Positions 1-11,435 of a stretch of 63,510 bases of DNA are shown here, in pieces (the first letter of the stretch is position 1; the number at the start of each line of letters is the position of its first letter). The stretch covers positions 1 to 63,510 of the forward strand of contig JADIIX010000133.1 of assembly GCA_027604505.1 (NCBI GenBank). The letters run 5' to 3'. Origin of the DNA: Gonapodya sp. JEL0774. Its lineage: Eukaryota. The position numbers and the translations under genes are program-made. A model generated the notes under the pieces. The model did no database searches. It saw only the letters and a list, made by a program, of their open reading frames with translations, and was not told where the DNA came from.

Positions 1-227
1 GGGGGCGGGGTTGCAGGGAGGGGGTACGGGGGGTACGGGGTACGGGGGATACGGAGGACCGGAGCACCTGTGGGCCAGTACCCCGTGGTGGTGTTTCTCG
101 GGCCGGACGGGTCGCGTCGCGTCGGGTTTTTTTCGCCTTTGGAGCAGCGATCCGGTGCGGTGCGCGCGAGCTCACGGCCGTCTTTTTTCTCTTCCCACCA
201 CCCCACGCACTTGGAAAACAAAACAAG

Positions 228-301
228 TATTCGTCACCCCCAAGAACGAATTCACCGCACCCGTGGGACTCGAGACGGACGAGATTCCGGCGAAACTGTG
301 A
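228..301 (+). CDS. Probable terminal exon of a gene starting upstream of the window; product ends in a peroxisomal targeting signal (AKL)
   Basis: Pyrimidine-rich tract and ...aacaag acceptor at 221-227, then FVTPKNEFTAPVGLETDEIPAKL-TGA. AKL fits the PTS1 consensus. Confidence 0.55.
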
Positions 302-2357
302 GACCGTGAGACGGGGAACCTGTGACGAGAGTCGGGGGCGCGGGTGGGGGCGCGGGGGGGCGGGGTTGAGAGGGTGTGGGTGTGGGATGTGGGATGTGGA
401 TGGTGACGGGCAAGAGGGGTTGTGTGACGCGGTATGGAGAGTGCGGCCGTCGGGGCGTGAGGTTGCACAAAGGGAGGGCTCGCAACCCCCCGCAGCGCCG
501 CCAGATGCGTGCACCGCCGTCGTGTTACACTGGAGAAAATCGGAGTATGATATTTTCGTGTGCTATTTTGGGGTTGAGTGGGTAGAGCTTAGCGTTGTGA
601 ATTAATTCACTTTGGGGGAAGACGTTTTTCTGTGCAAGTGTGTCGCATGTCGAGATGGAGAAATTTTATCAAACCAGTGAACAGTGCAACATCCGCAGTC
701 CTTTGCTTCCATGCCTTTTAACTTGCAGGAACACCGGTTCCCCCGCTGCCCACACAAGCACTCGCACTCGTTGCCTCGTGTGGTGGACCTCTCGACCTCT
801 CCGACGCCTGTCGTTCGTGTCGCACACGCATCACACATGACACACAAACACACACCACACACTACGCCCGGCGTGCCAGATCCATCCATCCGACTACCAC
901 AGCACGGCCAACAGCACTCCTGGTCCCCCTCCCAGAGGAGCAGGAGGGCGACGGTGCTTGTGACGGGGTGGGTCAGATGTAAGGGTGAAGTCTGCAACAA
1001 ACGCGGTGGTGCAACGCTGTGCCGGCCGCCCGGTACACACGCTTCTGCTGACCCACGCAGGGCGTGCACGCGCCCCGATGGATGCTCAGCTCCACGCCCA
1101 CACCCATGATCACACACACAAAAAAGAAAATCGCAAGTGTGCCCGTCGAAATTCGTATTTCGTGCTCTTTCACTCGAACTAGGCTGTTCGTGTTGGCGAT
1201 ATTTTCACACAGGTCGGGAGCGTGGTGGTGGTTAGACATATGTAACGGGGAAGTTACACGATCGAAAACAAGGGAAGAGGGAGGGGGAGGGGGGGGGAGC
1301 GAAGCGGAACGTGCGTCCTAAGAGATCGCCCTCCTTTGTTCCAATAGAGCCAAAAACCTGTGGAAAGACAGTCAAAGCACGGGGGAACAAAGAAGGACGT
1401 GGTTTCAAAATCATGAGTAAAGTAGAGAGACTCTGGCACGTGCGTTGATCGCTTCAGTGTCACGACCTTTCACATACAAACAACCGCGGCATCTGTAAGA
1501 CATGTGGGGGACATGACGTGGTTCAACACAGGAAGAAGTTTCAGGGCACAACAATGAGCATGCCCAAAATACCACAGCAATTTTATTCTCAGACGCTTTT
1601 TCGTCGAGGATGAGTGATGCTCTTAGCTATTTTCTGATCCGTTTCGTGTGGGGGCGCGCCCCCAAATGTGTATAATCCGAGGGGCGTGAGATCAAAATCC
1701 ACTCTGGTGTTGGTGCAGAAAGAGTAGAACGAAACGACTTGGAATTCAGTAATCCGGTCTTGCACAGAGTTTAGGAACAGCAGCCGAGTGGAAGAGAACA
1801 TTTTTTTGCGAACAAACCTGTGCACAATTTGCTGTTCACACACATGCTCAGGGGAAAGAAGCGAAGAAAGGTGGGTACACATGACGTGATCTTGACTGTT
1901 TCCACACTGCCCGTCACGGAACTGGGTGCCGCCAAATCTGATTGAGAAGGGGATCGGATCCGCTCACGTCGCCAAGGCCGACTCGCCAAATCACGAGGGT
2001 CTGATGAGGGTCCACGGTTAAAAAATGCGCCACTGTGGAGCAACGATCTGTGATTGCTCACGTTGTGTCACCCACGATCGTTGCACGTTGGATCAGGATG
2101 GCGGCTCCGTCTCTTCCGATTGGAGAAACGGGTGGAGCGGAAACAGAAGCCGCGTATCCGTGTGATGCAGCGGTGTGAGCCTTGGCATCCTTATAGGTAC
2201 GATACAATACCCGACACCCGCGGAACAATTCCAGGGATGGGTACCTGCCCGATCTCAGGAGGCGTTCAGGATACAACGAAAACACAGGGATTCCCAACAC
2301 AAAAACCACGACTTTTTGCCCTCTCGTTCATCACATTCAAGCAGCAAACTCCCCAGT

Positions 2358-4099
2358 ATGCGTTCCTCTGTGCTCCTTCTCCTCCTTGTCGGCTGTGCAG
2401 AGCGCATCTTGGCGGCTCCCATCAACGGTGTGTCGTCGATAGTGCACTTCACGTGATTCGCATTTTTACATTTCAATGCCGTGTCTTAAAAACGATTCGG
2501 TTTCGATTGCACAGCCCGCAATGTCGCTATTGGTCGCATCGCGGTGAGATTCGTTGCTTTTGTTCCGAAAGTCTGGTGCATGTGCTCATGCTTCATTGCA
2601 TTCCAACTCTCTTCCCCTCAACTTCCACACTACGCACAGGGAGTCCAATACATGACAAACCACACTTTTGGCCAACCAATTGCAGAAGCAGGTCTTCAGC
2701 GCAGGGCGACGGCCAAGCTCACCAATTACGGAGGGTGAGATCAGCTGAGAATCATCGTTGTATTCACCGACAGGCGAATTCTGACACAGCTTGCCTTCTT
2801 TTCAGTCCTCTTATCCCTGTTGCCGAGGTGACGCTTCTCACCTGGGGGTCCGGAGTCAACTTTATAACCACTGCTGGTACGCGGGGGTTGTTGTTTATCT
2901 CATATTTGGTGGGATCTGAATCGTTGCTTGAACTCCACCTCTTAGCTCCCAACAACTTGCCGACCTTTTACGCTGGTATTCTGAATTCTGGCTACTATGA
3001 TATGCGTGAGTGCGGAGTGCTGTGCGAATTCTTTTCTTGAGCATTGGGATCTAACCGTATCTTCTTTGCGGAACTTTCACTCACACAGTTGCACAATACG
3101 GAACCAGCTCGCAGGGTGCTATCAAACGTGGCACTTTTAAGGGTGAGTGTCCCCGTCTGATCTCTCCCCAATGGTGTCGGCAGTCGGTCTCACAATCAAA
3201 ACACAGGCACACTCACCTTGACCGGCATCCCCACAAGCAAGTCCATCACCGATGATCAGATCCAGAGTTATCTCAAAGGATTGGTCTCAGCTGGAACCAT
3301 TCAGGTATTTGCGACGTGCGACTGGAGCTCCATTGTTACCTCGTACTGATCACACATTTCATTTTTGGACAACGCTTGACGTTATGAAGCCAAACGCTAA
3401 CTCGTACTACCCTATGTGAGTTTCTTCTTCCTTGTCCGCTTTCATTTTCGTCTGGTGACGTTTCTGCTGTTCTCGTAGCCACTTCGCGTCCGGATACTCG
3501 ATCGCCTTATCGTCCACTGATTCATCGTGCCAGACTTTCTGCGCATACCATGGAACCATTGACATTTCCTCGCTGAACGTCGGAACCAAGTACTTGTATT
3601 ACGGTGTACACCCGGACCAGGTACGCTCGAGAGCTCCAATCAGGAATAACGAAAATCTAAACGACGTTTCCCCGCCAACATTTAAGGGAGGAAGCTGCGC
3701 TGGAGGGTGCGGAGGTGCCACGAGCACGTTCGCCAACCTGTGCTCTGTGTCGTCCCACGAGCTCTTTGAGGCCGTGACGGATGCCGCAGTCGGAGTCGCC
3801 GCAAATCTCGCATCCCCACTTGCTTGGTACAACTCTGCTGTGAGTTTGAGGCTCGGAACTCGATCCATTACGAAAGATTATCCGTTTGCTGAAAGAGCGT
3901 GTTTCTGAACCATAGAACGGTGAAATCGGTGACCTCTGCAACGCGCAGCAAGCTACTATTACGGACGCCAATGGACGATCGTGGACTGTTCAGAAGGTGA
4001 GAACATTTGTGATGCGAAACCGGCGCCGATCTTCCCTTCACCTGTTGTTCCCTTCAAAAGCAATGGAGCAACTCCAAGGGAGCTTGCGCCAGCTCCTAA
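2358..4099 (+). CDS. Secreted Phi-1/EXORDIUM-like (phosphate-induced protein 1-like) protein, multi-exon
   Basis: Signal peptide MRSSVLLLLLVGCAERILAAP. Exons encode LTNYGG, SCQTFCAYHGTI, SHELFEAVTD, AWYN, NGEIGDLC and WTVQK-QWSN..GAC, the motif series of Phi-1-like proteins. Exons join through GT-AG introns. Confidence 0.75.
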
Positions 4100-4469
4100 A
4101 GAGAATCCAAGGAACTATTCGGCTGTAGTTATCAGTTAGATTTTGCGTTTGTTTATTGAGGATCGCTGGTTGTAAGGCTAACAAGAATAGGGAATGGATA
4201 CATACACATTCTGAGTCTTCGAAAACCCGTCGCACCCTTATCGATCACTTTTCATCCTGCATTTCTTCCTCGTCGCCGTCTTTGGTGTTTGGATGAATGA
4301 GTTTGATAACAGTGTTGTGAAACTTGTTGCCTTCAGCCATCAGTACCGCATCCTCCGAACTCGCCAAATCCCTCAAGACTTTATGCAGCAGCACTCAAAT
4401 CCACATCGATCTATCTTGCAGAAGCAATCCACTGGACACCGAAAACGCATTGGCTCCCAGAAGTAAGCA

Positions 4470-7308
4470 ATGGAAACTGCCGTGAATGACGTGGAGAAGT
4501 TTGTCGACGAGCAAATCGCTCTTGTGGTGAGCGCCGGGGGGATGTGAAAGGAGCCCCCTCTTCTTCTGTACATGCAAGTGTATATATGTTGCCTTAGCAA
4601 GCAGAGCGTCAAGCAGAAATCGACAATATAGCCCTCCTTTTGGCCTCGTATCCACCTCTAGGTGACGACACACGTTTTCATTACGGATGGAATGAATGAG
4701 CTGTGAGCTTATCTCCGCTCACTTCACAGACCTGCAACGCAAAGGCTTGGCCCTCTGTAATCTTCAAGTGACCGGAATGAGATCAGGATTAGGCGGTCAA
4801 ACGATTGTTGACTATGAGCCGCTGTCTGGCACAACAACGACGCTACCCCCTCACAAATTTCAAGTCGGCGATATTGCTTCGGCAGAGGAGTATTCAGGCA
4901 AGACACCCAGCGCCAAGAAAGGTGGACAAAAGGATGGGTCAAGTGCACCCACACAGAGTCAAAAGAGAGCGTCAGGTGTGGTCTACAGGATCAGCGAGAC
5001 ACGGATTTCGCTGGTGTTCAAGGAGGACCCTCCCGTGGATTTTGACAAGTGGTTAATGTGAGGGCTCTCCGGTCAATGAATTCGTTCCACGCTTTGGTAA
5101 CAATCGTCTGCCGACTGAACAGCACGAGAACGGCCAATGCAACCACTTATGACCGCATCGTCGACGCCCTGAAACATCTACGAACCCGGTCGCAAGATCG
5201 ATCTACCCTTCTCGAGGTTCTCTTTGGCCGTTATCGACCAGAATTTCGGAGCACCGGAAACCTTGTCCCGCCTCCTGCATTGAACGAACCACAAGTGGCG
5301 GCGTTACATCAGGCTCTTTCTACCGATTCAATTGCTCTTATTCATGGTCCGCCAGGGACAGGGAAAACTCATACTGTGGTAGAGATAGTCAAGGGTCTGG
5401 TTGCGAGAGGTGAACGTGTGCTTGTGTGTGCCGGGAGCAATATCGGAGTTGGTGAGATTACATCGATATCTCAACCTTTCACTGGCATCATCCTCATTCT
5501 GTAACGTTCAGACAATCTCGTCGAACGTCTTTCCCATTCACACATCCCCATTGTTCGTCTCGGCCATCCGGCTCGCATACTCCCTGCCGTCTTAGCTCAC
5601 GCTCTCGAGGTGCGTGTGCGAACGAGCGACGAGGGACAAATCATCAAGGACGTTAAGGAGGAAGTCGACTCGAATCTTGCCAGCGTGAGCAAGGCCAAGA
5701 ACAGATCCGAACGTCGGTCTCTCTACGCAAACATTTCATCGCTCCGCAAGGAGCTACGCGCCAGGGAGAAGAAAGTCGCGGGAGATATCATATCGGGATC
5801 TCGGGTGGTCCGTAAGTAATAGGTGGCTGAGTGAGTCGCCATTCCTCAGCACCGAAACATCGTCATGTCACCATGTGTTGCTCACAATTTCAAGTTTTCA
5901 GTGGCCACACTTTCTGGCGCTGCTTCGAACAAGCTCGCGAGAGAAGAGTTTGATACAGTCGTAATAGACGAGTCGACCCAAGCCACTGAAGGAGGTTGTT
6001 GAAAGTTTATCTGGATTCCTTTCGTGGATGTGCGATACTGACCCTCAGGCTACTGTGCAGAGTGCTGGTGTGCAGTAAGCAAAGGAAAAAAGCTCATCTT
6101 AGCTGGAGACCCATGTCAATTGCCAGTGAGGAATTGTTCGTGGTCAGCTTTGTCATTGAGAACTGGTCCCTGATAGTTGAAGCACATATTTGCAGCCGAC
6201 GATCAAGTCGCGGCCTCCTTCAGGATCTAAATACTCCGCAACTTCTTCCAAATCCCCTCAATTCTCCAAGCAGCCGGCAAAATCAAGCGCCAAGTTCACG
6301 GGAAGATCAGCTGGCAATATCGGCGAATCGTCCAATGGAGATTCATCAAAGGATCCCGAGCTGGCAGTTGGGAAATTGACATACTTTCACCCCCTCGAGC
6401 GTACATTATTCGACAGAATGGTTGAAGTGTGGGGCGATGATATCGTCAGTATGTTGATACTGCAATATAGAATGGTGAGTGGACAGCATCCCCCTGTGCC
6501 TCGTCTCATACTGCACTGACTCTTCATCGCAGCATGAAGCGATTATGTCTTTTTCGTCTTCCGAGTTCTACCAATCTCGTCTTATCGCTCACCAATCGGT
6601 GCGCTCTCATCTACTCAAGGATCTGCCTTCTGTAAAGACTACGGAAGACACCGAACACCCAATCGTGTTCATTGACACGGCAGGAATGGAAATGTATGAG
6701 AGGGAGGAAGGTCTCTCGGTCGGAGACAAGGCGAGGAAAGCCCTCGGGAGCGAAGAAGGTGGCTCCAAGTGAGCCACTCGAATTCGTCGCACGATCTGTT
6801 CTTCCAAAAACCTTGAAAAATCACATTCAATCAGGTATAACGAGCATGAAATCGAAATTTGTGTCGCCCATGTGCGATCCCTCATTTCCACCGGTCTCCA
6901 GCCGGGCCAGATTTGCATCATTTCTCCGTACTCTGCTCAAGTACGTGATCTGTCACGTTTTTGTCTTTCAAACGCGTCGCATTTTGACGAAGTTTTCGGG
7001 GATACATCCTGTGACAGGTGGAACGCATCCAAGCGATCACCAGGGAGTCGTGGCCGAATCTCGAGGTGGGAACTGTGGATGGTTTTCAGGGAAGGGAAAA
7101 GGAAGCGGTGGTGGTGTCGTGTGTGCGATCGAACGAAAAGGGAATAGTTGGGTTCCTTGCTGAGAGGAGGCGAATGAACGTTGCGTTGACCCGAGCGCGA
7201 CGCCATCTGTGCGTTGTGGGGGACTCAGAAACACTGGGGAAAGATGCATTCCTCAACAGAATGTGCGAGTATCTTACAGAGCATGGAGATATTAGAGGCC
7301 CTCAATAA
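4470..7308 (+). CDS. HCS1: SF1 Upf1-like helicase Hcs1/IGHMBP2 (no R3H or AN1 tail seen)
   Basis: N-terminal VEKFVDEQIALV..ERQAE, Walker A IHGPPGTGKT, Walker B VVIDESTQA, LAGDPCQLP, QYRM, TVDGFQGREKE, RRMNVALTRAR. Confidence 0.93.
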
Positions 7309-7341
7309 TTATTCGAAACATGTGCAACATGTATGGATTTG

Positions 7342-9445
7342 TCAATTTGAGCTACGCGAACGACGACGCTTTCGACTTTCATCTACCTCTAAATTGACGT
7401 CAGAATAAGCAGAGTCTTGCCAAGGAGCTCCTAACTCTTCTTCTGAGGTAGGGTTCGTCCAACCCCAAGAGCCCGCTTCACCTAAGCTCTCGTCGTCCTC
7501 CATATCCCAAGTATTGTCATCGTATTCAACAATCTCTCCTTCTTCATTCTCTAAGATTAAGTCTTCTTCCTGTCCCTCTTGCCATCCCTGATTCCACTCC
7601 GGCACACACTCCGACGCTCTGCGAGACTCTTCTTCGTGAGCCTCTCTTCTTTTCCTTTCGACTCCGATAACATCCCAGGTCGCGGTTATCATCACTCTTG
7701 TCAAGTCCACTGCATCACTCGAGTGCGAAAATCCCACTCCAACCCACGGCCGGGGGAACTTTCCTTCAGGCCAAACACTAGGCAAAGCCAGGTCCGGCGA
7801 AAGCAATGCTGTTGGGGGAATCTCTGTAACGGAGAACAGGTGCGCGGCTGGAACGCTCGAATTCGTGTCCGGAGAGATGATGGAGATATCTGATGTGGCG
7901 AGTTCTAGGAGGAATCGACGGAAGGCGGAGCGGGTACCAAACCCTTCGCGGATATGGTACATATGAAGCCAATACTATGAAGAGTAAGCGGTTCAAATTA
8001 GTTACCCCCTTTTATTCAGAATCAACAAGGCGGGTCGCCATCACCTTCTCTGCGGAAAATGAAATCTCTGTCTTTTGCTTTTGCAGCGGCCATCGCTCGA
8101 TACATTCGCTCAGACGCGGCACCATAAAGGCAGTTTGCAGCCTCATCGTGGTTAGGATATGGATGGGGTGATCTTTCGCGGTCCTCACGTGGCAGGGGTA
8201 TCGGATTGTTGCAATTGCTTCAAGATGATGAGAACATTGTCCTGGAGTTGTTGAACCAGGGGTGGTAGCTGTTACATCCTCCACAGTATCTGATGGTGTC
8301 AGCAGATCACGCGTCGGTGAGGGTAGCCAAAAAACTGCAAACTGTGTGCAATGTCCAATCTCAGGATCGTACGCCAATACGCAGTTTTTCGTGCTGACGC
8401 CGTCCATTCGGCCAATGCCACCCAGAGCAGCAGAGTACCCGTGCTCAGCACTGATGGTGGACACCCAGTCTCGGAATTCAGCGCGGGTGAACTCAAATCT
8501 TCGACATTCGTACTTGAGTCCGACAAACCATTGGAAATACGCTACACTGCGCGTACACGCGGCTTCAATTCACCTGTGGTCCGGATCCCGAACTAATCCA
8601 TCCGCATTGCCGGGAAACAGCACGTTGTAGTCCTTGTTCGGCGTCGACACGAAACACAATTTTGGCCGGTAATATCCCAGCATGACTTTGGGGAAAACTG
8701 CAAACTCGGGAGGGTCGAGGTGCTCGATTCTGTGTGGGGAGGGCGGAACGTCAACAGCCACACCCCGCTCGTCATCCTATTCACTCACACCTCTGTGGCG
8801 ACTATACAGTCAAATCCCAAAAGTCGACTGTCTGGCTTGGTCATATCACCTGTTCCGTTCATTACGTAAATAGAGAACAGAATAGGACATGAACCCCGTG
8901 CCCAACCACATCCTCCTTTTCAACCAACGAGTAAAAACTCACCCCCAAACAATCTCACCTCAGTTTCCCTCTCCCTCATGTCGTCCTCCGCTCCGTATAT
9001 CCGCTTAAACCCTTCACTCTCAGTACCCAACAATGCCGAAATGGGTTTCAACAAGTCGGAGGCCTCTCGCAGCAAATCCGCGCGCAAGTCCACTCCCACA
9101 ACTAGTCGCTGGTCACATGAGTTGTGGAGGGTATGAATGAGGCGGCATTCGCCTGGGAGTGGTGAGGGAACTACTCTAAGACATTCTCACAGACGGAGGT
9201 GATGGGGCTTTCAAACTTGGAAGTTCACACACCGCATCCCAGTTCAAGTAGCTGAGGATGTGGGCGTGGGGCGAAAGTATTGACGACATTATAACAATCC
9301 ATCAAGATCGTGAGTCACCAACCTTCTCTATCCCTCCAAACTCGTTCACGACCCGCAGAATTTCCGTTTGCCGCTGCTGCCATAGCGGTGGATCAAATCG
9401 CACACCAGGGAGGTGAGGGATGATCAGGCGGGGATTCATTGCCAT
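7342..9445 (-). CDS. HEN1: HEN1/HENMT1 small RNA 2'-O-methyltransferase
   Basis: Spliced translation gives FDPPLWQQR, SAM motif LLELGCGE, VGVDL, IEHLD, STPNKDYNVLF, RDPDHR-FEW, HGY..GIG and CTQFAVF, all Hen1 hallmarks. An alternative in-frame ATG lies at 9475. Confidence 0.88.
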
Positions 9446-10090
9446 TGAAGGGAAGGGGAGGACTAGAGTGAGCATAACGGCAGAGCCGTCATGATAACAC
9501 TCAAAACACTATATCCGGGGTACACAAAGAAAAGTTTCGTGAGCGCCCTCCCCACCATCTGCAACTCAGTATTCATTGCTTACTTTACAGATCCTGGATC
9601 TGTTCTATTTATCACCATCAATCACTTCCAGCTGCCACGTTTCATTCAAACCATCGTATTAAATTTTCTCTTCTTCATCTCTTTGACTTGAATCCCCTAT
9701 GCCTCCGCCCATTCTATGTTGATAAAAGTGCAATCACCACGCCATCACCACAATACAGTCTCTGCCCCACAGACTACCTTCTCTTCATTCACTGCACACG
9801 TTTTTTTGGCCGGGTACACCGGAGTTCTCAGTCGGGGGTAATGGGAGAATATTGTTCGGTCCCTGTCGGAATGTGCAGGGATTCGCAGAGGATGCGCATG
9901 CGTACACAGTGTCACCTATCCGTGCAGCCTTGCCACAGCCACAGAATTTAACCACCACAGCAGATTCTGGCGCCCAGGCATCCACCAGTCAACGTTTTCT
10001 CGAGCGAACACGAGCCATCAATCCAAAGCAGTGGAAACCCGTGCCGCTCTGTCTTCTTCTTATACTCGACCTGAATCCTCGACGACTTCC

Positions 10091-11135
10091 ATGCCTCGGC
10101 CTCGCGCACCCTCCAAACCCCACAAGTACCATTTGCCCGGTTACATTCCACCGCCAGACCGCCCAAAGCGCTTCCATTGTCGATACCCAGAATGCGCATA
10201 CTCGTCCGACCGGTGAGTCTGCCGGTCTTCTTCATTCACTGCCAACTCTTGTCTTCATTAAACATCGCTGCCGGAACTTCCGAATCCTGTCCTGCTCCCA
10301 TATACAGATCTTACAATCGGGAAAATCATTACCTCACCCATTTCCCCGATCGTAATCGTGCTTACACATGCGCAGTCTGTGACGCGGAGTTTTTCAGGGC
10401 CCCGGATCTTCGCGTCCATCAAAATCGAACCAAACATACGAACCACCCCGTTAGCAACACTCTTCTGAAGTACGTTCTTTGATGCCGCGGTTGTTGAAAA
10501 GTGGCAGAAAACCGGCGAAAGAGATGGGGCAAACACCAAGGATTTAATCTTCTTCCCTACATTGCGTCTCCCTGCTTCCAAAGTCATTATCTCGCCGTAG
10601 GATTTCCGAACACGAACTCTAACGTGGTCACTTCCCCGGGTTACGTGACACCACCACAAAGCCCACCAAGAACTGGAAACGGTGAAGTTCCGTCAAACGA
10701 TGTAGAGTAGGTTTGGCGAGATTCACTGGTTTACTGATACTTAGGGGTCTCTGAGCTCAGTTTTCCCTTATTTGTAGCGTTGTGAATATTCTGAACGTCA
10801 TTGTCATGAACGAACCCCCGGTGTCAGCCGAATATGAATCACACCCGTCTCCGGATCCCTTGGGAATCCCGAATCATCATCTTCAGCTCGATCTTGTATT
10901 CATGTCAGCAAATCCCACCAACCAAGCTGAATCGCCGAATGCATCGATACCCAACCTGATGACCCCCACGGGTCTCTCCCCAAGTGCTACTTTGACACCT
11001 CTTTTATTCCCGGACGTGAACCTGGGTCAGCAGTCACTTCTCTTCCACGATAATACTATGCCAGACGAGCTCGGCGATTTCATCGACGTCGACTATTTCA
11101 TCGACGAATCCTACACTCACTTAGGACAGTTGTGA
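10091..11135 (+). CDS. C2H2 zinc-finger transcription factor, copy 1 (exons ~10091-10212, 10308-10469, 10584-10706, 10778-11135)
   Basis: Two C2H2 fingers, FHCRYPECAYSSDRSYNRENHYLTH and YTCAVCDAEFFRAPDLRVHQNRTKH. Pro-rich middle and acidic/hydrophobic C-terminus DELGDFIDVDYFIDES. The 3' exon structure is inferred from phase-compatible splice sites. Confidence 0.82.
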
Positions 11136-11149
11136 TACCTCGAGAAACG

Positions 11150-11435
11150 GCATACCGCCTCTAAATGGGAATGGGCGATGCATGTTTTCTCTCAAACTAA
11201 GTCACAGAAGAAAGAAAGGCCGTTTGCGATATTTTTGGACGTTGTTGACTTGTGGATCGAGCACTAGAGAGCTCTTGTTTCCTGCTTCTTTTTCTTGCCG
11301 TGTGAACCTTTCCTCTTTGTGCTTATCATCGAAAACGTTTGCTGGGATTTGATACTGCGAGAAAGAGCATACCGCCTCTATATGGGAATGGGCGATGCAC
11401 CAGCATACCGCCTCTACATGGAAATGGGCGATGCA
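11150..11435 (+). repeat. Three 33-nt repeats GCATACCGCCTCTAnATGGrAATGGGCGATGCA (11150-11182, 11367-11399, 11403-11435)
   Basis: Read directly from the sequence. The ends are self-complementary (GCAT/ATGC, CGCC/GGCG). Confidence 0.9.

Noticed and set aside
602..1117. Cys-rich minus-strand ORF (CECLCG..CSC..CGCC), metallothionein-like at first sight
   Set aside because: The Cys content follows TG-rich low-complexity sequence, there is no ATG-led coherent exon chain, and no family motif is recognisable.
2054..3040. 328-aa plus-strand ORF
   Set aside because: It reads through introns of the Phi-1-like gene, largely in the wrong frame, and has a non-ATG start.
11150..11435. 33-nt repeats as a CRISPR array
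   Set aside because: Eukaryotic context, spacers of 184 and 3 nt, and no cas genes.
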